Assembly: GCA_030704615.1 (NCBI GenBank)
Contig: CM060731.1
Coordinates: forward strand, 1,798,001 to 1,862,000
Source of the DNA: Takakia lepidozioides
Lineage: Eukaryota > Plantae > Bryophyta
Length of the DNA stretch: 64,000 nt
Reading direction: 5' to 3'
Part shown: piece after piece, positions 13,572-24,500 of the stretch
Position numbering within the stretch: the first letter of the stretch is position 1
Layout of the letters: each line of letters opens with the position of its first letter
Made by a program: the position numbers and the translations under genes
Notes under the pieces: generated by a model
The model's database searches: none
What the model was told of the DNA's origin: nothing
What the model saw: only the letters and a program-made list of their open reading frames with translations

Positions 13572-13637
13572 GAGGAGAAGCTTTGGAAGGAATATTTTTC
13601 TGATCCCAGTCAATGGTAGGACAGTCGAGGTAAACAG
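13572..13637 (+). pseudogene. Degenerate upstream exon of the PPR gene encoding the N-terminal half of an OSB-type PDF motif
   Basis: Reads EEKLWKEYFSDPSQW*DSRGKQ (TAG at 13617-13619) and ends CAG|gtgaat. It splices in phase 0 to cttcag|ATT at 13901 (IHPRGPDFKHK...). Confidence 0.75.
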
Positions 13638-13885
13638 GTGAATGCCTGTTAAATAACAGAGAGAAGCAGACAACAGCATGCATCACAAAGCTTTCTTGAC
13701 AATCGTCATCCTCTGTCTCCAGCACAATTTTAAAGTGCTGGGAGTAATTCAGCATTGGAACTAATCAGATGAGTAGGGTTGGGTGTTTGCTAGAAAATAT
13801 GTAGGCTGTCGTTGTCAGCTGCTAGCCGCAAGGGGAGGATCTATGCCTTATTGGTGCCGAGGCAGGGATAGCTGAAGGAGCACGG

Positions 13886-16822
13886 ATGGAGTGTCTTCAG
13901 ATTCATCCGAGAGGGCCGGATTTCAAGCACAAGTTTGCCTATGATTCCCTGTGGATTGATAGCTACAAGAAACCTGCATGGGTAGATGGTCAACTGGAAG
14001 CAGCAGCAGCGCCACATTTGACAAAATCAGGCACCTCCACGATGACAACAGCTTCCAAAAGAGGAGCAAGAGAGGCAATCCATAATACGTCTTCTGGCAC
14101 TTCTCGGCATGTCAGGATACTATGTGAGGCAGGGCAGCTGAAAGAGGCTCTGCAGATTTTAAACCAAGGAGGCGTTTCAGCAGATTCAGATACTTATGTC
14201 TGTCTCTTGCATAAGTGCATCAAGATGAAGGGCCTAGAAGCCGGAAAGCAGGTACACGCTCACATTAGCCAAAGTGGATTCAAGCCAAACGTTTTTCTAC
14301 ACAACACCCTTGTCAACATGTATGTTAAGTGTGGGAGCATTGTGGATGCACACCAATTGTTCAACAAAATGCCTGAACGCGATTTGATCACGTGGAATAC
14401 TATGATGGCAGGATTTAACAAGCATGGGTGTGGTAAGAATGCCTTGAAGACATATGAACAAATGATGTGGGAAGGTGTGAAGCCCAACCTGATCACGTTT
14501 GTTTGCGTTTGCAATGCTTGTGCAAGCCTGGCAGACCTGGAAAAGGGCAAAGAGGTCCATGGTGACATGGTCAAAGCTGGAATTGTACCTGATGTCATTC
14601 TGAACAATACCCTGGTGGACATGTATGCCAAAGGCAGGAGCATCAAGGATGCAAAGGGAGTGTTCGACAGTATGGCCGAACGAGATGTGGTGTCCTGGAA
14701 TGTAATGATCGCTGGATATGCGCAGCATGGCTGTGGGATGGAGGCTTTGGAGGCCTATGAGCAAATGATGCAGGAAGGGTTGAAGCCCGATCGGGTCACA
14801 TTTGTTTGCGTTTGCAATGCGTGTGCGAGCCTGGCAGCCCTAGAGAAGGGCAAAGAGGTCCATGGTGATATCATCAAAGCTGGAATTGTACCAGATGTCA
14901 TTCTGAATAATACCCTGGTGGACATGTATGCCAAAGGTGGGAGCATGGTGGATGCAAAGGGAGTGTTTGACGATATGGCTCGACGAGATGGGGTGTCCTG
15001 GAATGCACTGATCACAGGATATGCTCAGCATGGGTGCGGGATGGAGGCTTTGGAGACCTATGAGCAAATGATGCGGGAAGGGGAGAAGCCCGACCGGGTC
15101 ACGTTTGTTTGCGTTTGCAATGCTTGTGCAAGCGTGGCAGCTCTGGAAAAGGGCAAAGAGGTCCATGATGACATCATCAAAGCGGGGATTGTACCAGATG
15201 TCATTCTGAACACGGCCCTGGTGCACATGTATGCCAAAGGCAGGAGCATCAAGGATGCAAAGGGAGTGTTCGACAACATGTCTGAACGAGATGTGGTTTC
15301 CTGGAATACGATGATTGCAGGATATGCCCAGCTTGGGTACGGGATGGAGGCTCTGGAGACCTATGAGCAAATGATGCGGGAAGGGGTGAAGCCCGACCGG
15401 GTCACATTTGTTTGCGTTTGCAATGCATGTGCGAGCCTGGCAGCCCTGGAGAAGGGCAAAGAGGTCCATGGTGACATCATCAAAGCAGGAATTGTACCAC
15501 ACGTCATTCTGAACACTGCCCTGGTGTACATGTATGCCAAATGTGGAGGCGTCCAGGATGCCAAGGGAGTGTTCGACAATATGTCTGAACGAGATGTGGT
15601 GTCCTGGACAACGATGATCGCAGGATATGCACAGAATGGATGCAGGATGGAGGCTTTGGAGACCTATGAGCAAATGATGCAGGAAGGGGTGAAGCCAGAC
15701 CAGGTCACGTTTGTTTGCGCTTGTAATGCATGTGCAAGTCTGGCAGCCCTGGAAAAGGGCAAAGAGGTCCATGATGACATCATCAAAGCAGGAATTGTAC
15801 CAGATGTCTTTCTGAACACTGCCCTGGTGGACATGTATGCCAAATGTGGCAGCATCGAGGATGCAAAGATACTGTTTGACAATATGGCTGAACGAGATGT
15901 GGTATCATGGTCTGCAATTATAAGAGGATATGCCCAGCATGGTTGTCATAGGGAGGCCCTGAAACTATTTGATGCAATGCAAAAGGAAGGCTTGAAGCCA
16001 GACAGCATCACCTTTATATGCGTTCTCTCTGCATGCAGCCACGTTGGCCTAGTGGATGAAGGAAGGCGCTACTTTGATTCCCTGAGTCAAGATCATGGTG
16101 TCACTCCGACAGTAAAGCACTTTGGCTGCATGGTGGACCTTCTTGGACGTGCGGGGCTATTGGATGAGGCAGAGGGCCTCATCAATAAAATGCCAATCAA
16201 ACCAGATGCTGTGGTGTGGAAGGCCTTGCTTGGTGCCTGCAGAATCCATGGCAATGTGGAGATGGCTGAACGCGCAGCAACATCTATTCTCAAGTGGGAT
16301 GAACAGGATGCCGCGACTTATGTGTTGCTATCAAACATCTATGCCGCAGCTGGCAGGTGGGACGATACTGCAAAGGTGAGAAAAATGATGAAGATCAGAC
16401 GGGTCAGAAAGGAGCCAGGTTGCTGCTGCATTGAGGTTGGCAACAGGGTGCACACCTTTGTTGTAGATGACAAATTGCATCCCAAAATTGAGGAAATCCA
16501 TGCTGAGCTGAGAAGATTGTCCGGGCAGATGAAGGAGGCAGGGTATGTGCCCGACACGCGCTTTGTATTGCATGATGTGGGGGAGGAAGAAAAGCAAATT
16601 TCTCTTTGCCATCATAGTGAGAAGCTGGCCATTGGTTTTGGGCTGATCAGCACTGCCTCTGGGACGCCTCTCCGTGTAATCAAGAATCTTCGGGTGTGTG
16701 GTGACTGCCACACTGCCACGAAGTTCATCTCAAAGATTGTTGGGCGATCAATTGTTGTACGGGATGCTAACCGCTTTCACCACTTCAAAGACGGGGTTTG
16801 TTCTTGTGGGGATTACTGGTGA
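13886..16822 (+). CDS. PLS-class PPR protein with E1-E2-DYW cytidine deaminase domain (organellar C-to-U RNA editing factor) and an N-terminal partial PDF motif
   Basis: 978-aa ORF: L-S-(P-L-S)x5-P2-L2-S2, E1/E2, PG box (EPGCCCIEV), HSEKLA, CGDCH and C-terminal CSCGDYW. N-terminus PRGPDFKHK...LWIDSYKKPAWVDGQL. The true start codon is uncertain. Confidence 0.95.
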   Translation: MECLQIHPRGPDFKHKFAYDSLWIDSYKKPAWVDGQLEAAAAPHLTKSGTSTMTTASKRGAREAIHNTSSGTSRHVRILCEAGQLKEALQILNQGGVSADSDTYVCLLHKCIKMKGLEAGKQVHAHISQSGFKPNVFLHNTLVNMYVKCGSIVDAHQLFNKMPERDLITWNTMMAGFNKHGCGKNALKTYEQMMWEGVKPNLITFVCVCNACASLADLEKGKEVHGDMVKAGIVPDVILNNTLVDMYAKGRSIKDAKGVFDSMAERDVVSWNVMIAGYAQHGCGMEALEAYEQMMQEGLKPDRVTFVCVCNACASLAALEKGKEVHGDIIKAGIVPDVILNNTLVDMYAKGGSMVDAKGVFDDMARRDGVSWNALITGYAQHGCGMEALETYEQMMREGEKPDRVTFVCVCNACASVAALEKGKEVHDDIIKAGIVPDVILNTALVHMYAKGRSIKDAKGVFDNMSERDVVSWNTMIAGYAQLGYGMEALETYEQMMREGVKPDRVTFVCVCNACASLAALEKGKEVHGDIIKAGIVPHVILNTALVYMYAKCGGVQDAKGVFDNMSERDVVSWTTMIAGYAQNGCRMEALETYEQMMQEGVKPDQVTFVCACNACASLAALEKGKEVHDDIIKAGIVPDVFLNTALVDMYAKCGSIEDAKILFDNMAERDVVSWSAIIRGYAQHGCHREALKLFDAMQKEGLKPDSITFICVLSACSHVGLVDEGRRYFDSLSQDHGVTPTVKHFGCMVDLLGRAGLLDEAEGLINKMPIKPDAVVWKALLGACRIHGNVEMAERAATSILKWDEQDAATYVLLSNIYAAAGRWDDTAKVRKMMKIRRVRKEPGCCCIEVGNRVHTFVVDDKLHPKIEEIHAELRRLSGQMKEAGYVPDTRFVLHDVGEEEKQISLCHHSEKLAIGFGLISTASGTPLRVIKNLRVCGDCHTATKFISKIVGRSIVVRDANRFHHFKDGVCSCGDYW
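14370..15900 (+). repeat. Five highly similar 303-bp tandem units (P-L-S triplets) inside the PPR CDS
   Basis: The same anchor (gatgtcattctgaa or a close variant) recurs at 14591, 14894, 15197, 15500 and 15803. Confidence 0.9.
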
Positions 16823-17461
16823 AATAACGTTTTCCTGGAAAGGTCTTCATGCTTGATCTGTGTAGCTACTTTATTCATCCACCGCTAATCCTGAGAATAT
16901 TGACTATGATGCACTTCTGAGGCATTTCCTCTGGCACATCAACCTTCCAAGAGGCCGCAGTGGTCTACCCAGCATAGGTGGAAAGTCAGCCCATAATTGC
17001 ACTGGACTGGAGCAGGTAATGTTTGAAAGGGGGGAATTTGACTGACAGGAAGGAAATTAGGGTGCTGTTCTGACTCTGGTGTGGATGGTGGGGTGTCTTC
17101 AAAGCTTGACAGTGAATGTGAATACAATTCGGAATGAGCTTGATCTGAGTGGCAGCTTTGTGCGGGAGTTCTTTCAGCATTTTACAGTTGGATGTCTGTA
17201 TGTTTCTCATGGTGCTGCTTCAGATAGAGCCATTGAGTAACTGGCCAAAGTTGCAATTTAGCAGGTGTCACCTATTATGGTAACTTGTGAACCACTCAAA
17301 TTGCTCACAGTAGAGTAGATGTGGTCTATTGAAAACTGGGGCAGATGAAGAGCTTTCAAATGGTGTCTAATCTTTGAAAATTGGTTACAATCCCAAGCTC
17401 CAAAAAAAAAGTGCACCACAACACATGGTGCGTCAAATAGGATCAAGATTTCTTCTGCTGC

Positions 17462-20400
17462 TTCTTTTTTTTTTTTTTTTAAACTAAACAGGGGACAGAG
17501 GCCCTGCAGAGAATTATTGAAGGGAAAAAATTAAACCCTTACAAGCCCGGAGGCTGCCATGAGGCCTAGACACATGGGGACCGTGTAGGAGATTCCTTTG
17601 AGCAGTAAACAGAGACAATGAACCCTCAACTATGTCCGAGGGCAGGCAATGAAGCCTGCAGGGTGGAAACCCGAGCGAGAGAGAAGGCTACATGACCCTT
17701 CAAGAACCAAATAACCCTAGGACAGGGAGACCAAGCATAGCGTAAACAAAGGACGGAGAGGCCAGAGAATGAAGTTGGCCCAACAAACTAAATCTGTCTA
17801 TGGAAATGAAGCTTAGATTTAGACCCTGCCCTTATATGCTTCCAGTTGACTTAGATCTATCAAACTTTGTCGAGGCGATGGGCCTTCGGTGGTGCTGCCA
17901 CAACTCTGTTACTCAATTACAATCCTGCCACTAAAACCATCTTCTACTGCTGCCCGGTTTTTGAAGCCCTTCGCACTTCCACACTCTTGCAGATCTGGAA
18001 AGCTCACTACAGTTGGTCCCTTGACAATGTTAATTCATCTCGTTCAGAAATACTCACCTATATTTTCTATGACATCACCATTGCAGCTAAACCCGCCTGG
18101 GCATAGCTGTGTGTGCAGACTCTCAGAGGTGCCCCAAACGCCTGCCTGCTCTCCTCGCCTCCTTCAAAGCGTCCTGGGGAAGAGGGGAATTATTTGCAGC
18201 TGCATAAACGCTCTCTCCTGCACTTGGGTGGAGGCAATCCCTCCAAGGGTATGATGTCCCACGCCCGATAGAGCTCCAGGACCATGGGCCAGATGGCATG
18301 GGGAGAAAGACACTAGAGAAGGCAATGGTCCAGCGACTCAATCGTGTCTATTGTGCAGCATTTGCATAAGAGAGCCTCCTGGAGATCCACGAACTGGCCC
18401 ACCTTGAGACCCTATTGGCAATCTGCCAAAGAAAAGCACTGAGTTTGGCCGGTTTAGATTTTTCCCGTATGAGTGACCATATGCATTTCCAGTTCTCATC
18501 CCTGAAAAAGACATGATCCCACCTTTCATTCCATTTCTTGGCGAAAGGTCTGGCATGCAACAGAGCCCTATATGCTTCCTTAGCTGAGTAAGAGAAGGAG
18601 TGAAGAGTACCCCCAAAGTCCCATTGCCATTCAGCAGGGTCAATCTGCAAGAGCAGGATAGGCTGGGCTCCAATCCATGCAAATGTGTTACCGAGAAGCC
18701 AGGAAAGGATCGAAGTTCCAGCAGGGAGGGTAGGGTTGAACTCTTTAAATTTCGAGGACCAGTGGCATATCCTTGCTGGAAGGGCTTGCATGGCTGGGAA
18801 CTTCACCACTTGAGAGGAGTGGAGAGAGAGGACTCCCGAGAATCCCTCCGCCTCAAACCCATATCCCAGTTATTAATTGATGAACTACTTCTGTAACTAC
18901 TTCTGTAATGTAAACAATGTGGAATGGCTGAGAGGTGGATGTTACCCACTGATGAGGCGCCAGGGACGGCTGTCCCAGCCTGAGGATGTCTCTCCAAGGG
19001 TTGGGAATGGATTGCAGGATTGCATTAATACCTGACCGAAGCCTAATGGGGCCTAGTGCCTGCTGCATGGACTGACCATAAGCGGGAGACCTGCGCAAAG
19101 CCTTTGGTTTCCCAACCAGCCCATTTCCTTGCCTAGCTTCTTTCGGAAGAGGAGGACAGATTGGAGTTGAAGAACAGATGTTGTCTGAGAACCTCGGCGA
19201 AGGAGGAGGGCTCAAGCTTGCGAATGAAGGGCCTAAAATTACCCCATGCAGGCCAGATTGAGTTCCATAAAGAGGATCCCGGGGATTTATGGCTGAATCC
19301 TTGGGTGATCCATCGGACAGAAGGCGCCCAAGTGACTCGCAGAAGGGGGGAGCTGAGGGCGATCGTGTCTGCCACCAACAGCTTCCACCAGCCCCCTAGT
19401 TCAGGGCCCAAGAATCTGGGGAGCCATTTGCCTAACAAGGCCCTGCCAACTTCTTTGGCAGGCAGATCTGCTTCCAAGAAACCTGAGGCCTCTTATTCTG
19501 TGTGGAATTTTGAGCACCCCATAGGAAGTTTCTTATGCACCTCTTGACTTCCTGGAGCCAGGACTCCACATGGAAGAGAAGTATCAAATCCCAGCCAGAA
19601 GGACTTGATTTGCCGCCAGTGCACTAAACCGTTAACAATCCAACGGCTAGAGGCTGGCAACCATTGAGCGTTTTTTAGTGGGGAGCTTTGAATAATGTGC
19701 CTTTGGACTAGGGGTCCCCACCATGAGCTGTTGGGGCCAAGCAGTCTGATAACCCATTTTTCCAGCAGGGCATCAATCTGGTTGCAGGGGTCAAGGATTC
19801 CTAGGCCTCCCTGTTTCCGGGGTTTACAAATTTGGGCCCAGGAGATGGCTGGCCTAACATACTGAGATATGGAGCTTGCCCCCAAAACAAAGTTACGAAT
19901 GATTTTTTTGATCTCTTGCATGTAGGATTGGCTTGGACTCCAAAGAGAAGCAAAATACCAAATGATGGCCAAGAGTATTTGGGTGGCCACCAATGCCCTG
20001 CCAGTGAGTGTCAAGTGTCTAGAGCCCCAGAACATAAGTTTGCGTTTCAATTTGGCAGTGATAGGCCCTATTCTGAGCTCTTCCGATAGATGCAGACCAA
20101 AGGCGAACCCCCGGGAGTTTGGTGCTTCCTCCCTCTTTCAACTAACGGAGGCCTAACTCTTGTCCCCAAGTAGGGTCTTCACTAATCTCAGATTTAGGCT
20201 TGTCACCAACCAACAGGGCTACAGTTTTGTTCCAGTTCTAGAGGCTGGCAGAAGGTTTGCAGCGCTGATGTTGCTCGCGTTAGGTTGCCTGGGCTTGGAT
20301 TTGCAGTCACCCTTCTTAAAGAGAAGAACAATGACCCCCTGAGCCATCTCTTTGGGCATGACTTTGGATGCCTTGATGGCGTTGGCCATGTTGCAGAAGT

Positions 20401-20936
20401 CAGTTGCGATGTATTGCCACATGAGCTTGTAGAACTCGACAGACATTCCATCCTCTCCAGGAGCCTTGTGGCCCGCCATGGATTCCAAACGTTTAGTGAT
20501 TCAGTTTGAGTGAAGTGTCCATCCAGCGAAGCCGCCTTGTGGGCCATCAATCTTGACAGGATGGGAATGAACACATTGCGCTATGACCTCTTCTATGGCA
20601 GGGGTTTGATGTCTCTGCTGATTCGCCACACCTAGTATCTTCCTGGGTTCTGTTTGCGATATGCCAAGGCTGTCATTAAGCTCTGGGATAGCTTGTTTGT
20701 CACGACGATTTGGATCTTGTCAAAAAAATGCTTTGACATTTTTTCACCCTTTGTTGACCAGTTAATCCCTGCTTGGATTTCATATTTGGCTTCCAAATGC
20801 TTTTCGTGGCTATCCAGGTTTGCCCTCGCTTCCAGGTATGTCTGAAAAACCAGAGGGTCAGATTGGTCTGCTTCAAGAATTTTCTGGCATGTTGTAAGGC
20901 ACTTGGATAGGGGCTCCTATTTGCGACTTGGAATAG
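17462..20936 (-). mobile_element. Degenerate, 5'-truncated L1-type LINE
   Basis: Poly(A) on minus at about 17465-17480. ORF2 pieces: WSTKGEKMSKHFF, KAPGEDGMSVEFYK...IVLLFKKGD, LTLTGRALVATQILL...KQGGLGI and AFLWQIANR (zf-RVT region). Possible TSD GCTTCTTTT. Many frameshifts. Confidence 0.85.
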
Positions 20937-21503
20937 GCTTCTTTTAACTTTGAAATAAAGCAGAACTTTCAACTAAAGAAATAAGTTGTCCTATGTAAAG
21001 CCTTTTCTATTAAGGTATTACATGATCTCAAAGGTTAAAGTACAAAAAGTTAACATTTCATTAACTTGTTGAGCCATGACCAGTACTTCTACCCTAGTGC
21101 ACCGCCATGACGCTCTCCTCTAATGAGCCCACGTTTGCCCCACCAGACGTTAAGGCAGCACTCGCCCCCATTTTGCTTTGGCGAGAATATAGGTGGAATG
21201 GTTCATTCGGAAGAGAGTAAGTTGCACCTTGCATTACTCTTTTTGAACAGTGAGCAATGGAAAACATTGATTCGGCCATGAAGTGCTTCAGTAATTAACC
21301 ACGGCTGTATGTAAAAATTCTGATCTTGCGTATTCTCTTCATTGCAGTAAAAGGAAAGGAAGTCTACTGTGAAATGATTTCCATCACATGCCAAGATATT
21401 TTGCCACCTGGTTGAGTACAGTTTTGATGTAGCCACAAGAGAGATGCATTTGATGAACTGCACACAAGCTTCCCTGGTGCTATCAGAGAAAAGCACATGA
21501 AAA

Positions 21504-24500
21504 CTAAGTTGAGGGGAGGCGGCCATAAAGCTTGCGTTGGGCATAGAAAGTGTGAAGGCTATGGTCATCCCCAACATAGCGCCAATGCCATGGCTCATAC
21601 ATAATGCCTTGGATGTTGTCTCGAGGAAATGACATCTCAAAGTGGAACCTGCAACCAAGACCCTCAAAGTAAGACAGGAGGAGTTCAGACATCTAATTTG
21701 GACCCCAAACTCTGTATAAAGCAGCTAGAAAGCAATGGTAGACTAGTCCTAGAGGGAACTGACACACCACAGAACCACTGTGCTATGGCATGGAGCAGAT
21801 CCTGGGAGGACAGTAAAGTTGTGTAACACACCGAGCTGCACTCCCTTGAAGCCACCGAAAGGCAGCAGTTGTTTCAAATCCTGGTAAAAAGGAAATGCAA
21901 ATGAAGGAGAATGAGCTCAGGTTAGCTTGCAGAGATACATACTACCAACCCTTGGAAATAATGTTGGTGAATCTCAAGACTACTTTCCCTCTAGCGATCC
22001 CTTCACACTATAGTCCTCTGTATCTTCAGAACAAACAAGCTCCTTCAAGACTATGTCCAATGTCACTAACTATTCAACCGATGAGACCTCTTCCCAGCTG
22101 AGTGAAAGCTTGGCAAGTGGCGGTGCTGTACATACACTCAAAGGAAGGCCACAATATACCCTACTTGCATGTGCATCATATCCAAAGAGAATCTAGCTTT
22201 AGGCACGAGTCAACATGAGAGCTGAGATTTTTAGCCTGGAAAGCTTCTCTAATCTAGGGGAAGTCACTAGTGGGTGATCCTCAACAAGACTTTCCAGTTG
22301 AAAGCAAGCTATCTCAGAAGTCAGCAGGCGCCTTTGACCTTAGATCATATACATAGAACAAAGGTTGAGAATTTATGTATGAGCTCACATAACATTCCAA
22401 CCATGAGAAATATCTACCATGTGTAATTACCTGACTCAAGGTGGGTATCAGCGGCTGCAGCATCCCCGATATCAATTGCGTAGCCGGTGTGGTGCTCACT
22501 GTACCCTGGAGGCGCTGACACCTGCTGAGAACAAAGCCGAGTGATAAGATTCTTGACAGTCACGCCTCTAGAAATCAGAAGTATGAACTGGGCCCATCAG
22601 CCTTTACAGTAAGTACAGAGTTGTTAAGATCTAGTCTTATCAGGTGATATGCTTTCACTTGCCTGTCATAAGGGAACTTTGCATGAGATTGGGCAGATAC
22701 AGAAAAGAAGTATTTACTGACCATTTGATGTGAAGGTTGGGATAATGCACCTGCGGGCATTAAAGCCCGCGGGAAACTCACCCCACTAGAGACCAGCACA
22801 GGTGGGCTATTCCAGTATGAAATCCATCCCAAAATGTACAATCGACAACAACCACAAGTACAGGGACAAAGTGTCAATTTCACATGCAGCACTGACATAG
22901 CATGATTAGCACTGCTAGTGTAGCCAGAGGTACACTGGGTATATACAGCTCCAGAGGTGGTAAGATTTAGTGAGGAAATCTCTCCTGTGTTGAAAGATGA
23001 AAACTCACCTTGGCACGATCAGCGGCACCCTGTAACCGGCTTGCTTTGATGTCAAAGAACAAGGCCTGCTGGTACTTGACCGATCTAAATCTGTTTCAGG
23101 ACACCCTGTTTCCCACTTCAATAAATGACATCACAATGATTTCCAGTTGAATTCCATTGTTGGGTGACTGATTGGCCAGCATTTTGTTTCAAAGGTGACT
23201 CTATTGAATGCCAGGTTGCATTAGTTTATTGCTTCATCACTTTCTGTAGATATTTGCTTCCACGAGATAGTTGAAAAATCAATTAGTGCTGGAACCATAA
23301 AAGAAATCCATTGGTGTATGGAGTAGAGACTTTTATTACAAAGTTAGGACTAGGTTAACGCACTGCTCAATCAACACACTATTCATATTACTGCTGGTTC
23401 TGAGCAAGTGTTTGTAAATCTTTGGGCTGAACAAACAGGCTCCAATATAGTTAGCATCCCATGGACACTACGCCCTCCTGAATATGTTTTTGGACAACTT
23501 CGACCTGGAAAGGTCAAACAAGTTCAGGATTGAGCCAACGGGAAAGTTTGAGACAAAGATCATCCCTCGACACACCTTTTCTTTCTTTGTCACAGGAACT
23601 AAGTAGACAAGATTTTTCACCCAGGAAAGGGAGTTGTTCCTACCCAGAAAGGGGGGTCAGCCACACGCCATCCCTGTAAGCTGCATCTTGCATTTGTAAA
23701 AAGGAGTCAGCAGCTGCAAGTCTAAGCTTGACGCTGCATCCACCAACCAGCCAATTACACCAAAATAGTCAGAAATAAAAGGAACTAACTTCCTTTGTGT
23801 TATTTACAAATAAGTAATCAGAGAGTGCTTGTCAGGTCACAGGTGAAAAACCAAGCATTCCTTCAGTCTTGGTTCGTGAACACAAGCAACATGGAACCAA
23901 GCAGAAGTGCCAGTCAAAGTCAATTGAGCACTTTCTGCAGATATCACAGTTAATGCTAAACCACTTTCGGAGAAACTGTTGCTAAAAATAATTCGGTTTC
24001 TACCTCTCTTTTTAGTAATGTCTGCATTCCATACTCTTAAGCTAAGTGTCCATGACACAGTCTGAAGGCCAAAACTTCGAATGTGGAAGGTTTACAAATC
24101 AAATGAAAGGCAGCTTAGCACCTACCTAATCACTGGGCAGAAAGGTGAATAAAAATCAGCACCGGTTCTCCATCCCAACTCATCAGTGTTCCCTGAATAA
24201 CTTTCATTGTATCCTCAATAGAAACCATGGTTGTTGCCAAGTATTGTTGACTCCTGTTCGAGATCCTTGCATTATTTTTCCCTTCTTGTCGCCAGGTATT
24301 GTGACCTCTGATCCGATGACCCCACTACCTTGCGATCTAAAGCAATGTCCAACAACTATCGGAACAACTAAGTTTATCCATCAATGTGTTGATGTTTTTT
24401 CCTGACCTAAGTTCTTTTCAATGATAAAGTTCAGTAGCATTGGCGGTCACTGGCTGGTTCTTTAGTTAAGGCACATAGTGAGATAGTAAAATTGAGTACA

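Noticed and set aside
13617-13619. Stop codon in the PDF exon repaired by RNA editing or readthrough
   Set aside because: It would need A-to-G editing of a nuclear mRNA, and other lesions upstream indicate ordinary decay.
14260-16711. Long antisense ORFs (for example 14840-15772, 310 aa)
   Set aside because: Shadow frames of the repetitive PPR coding sequence.
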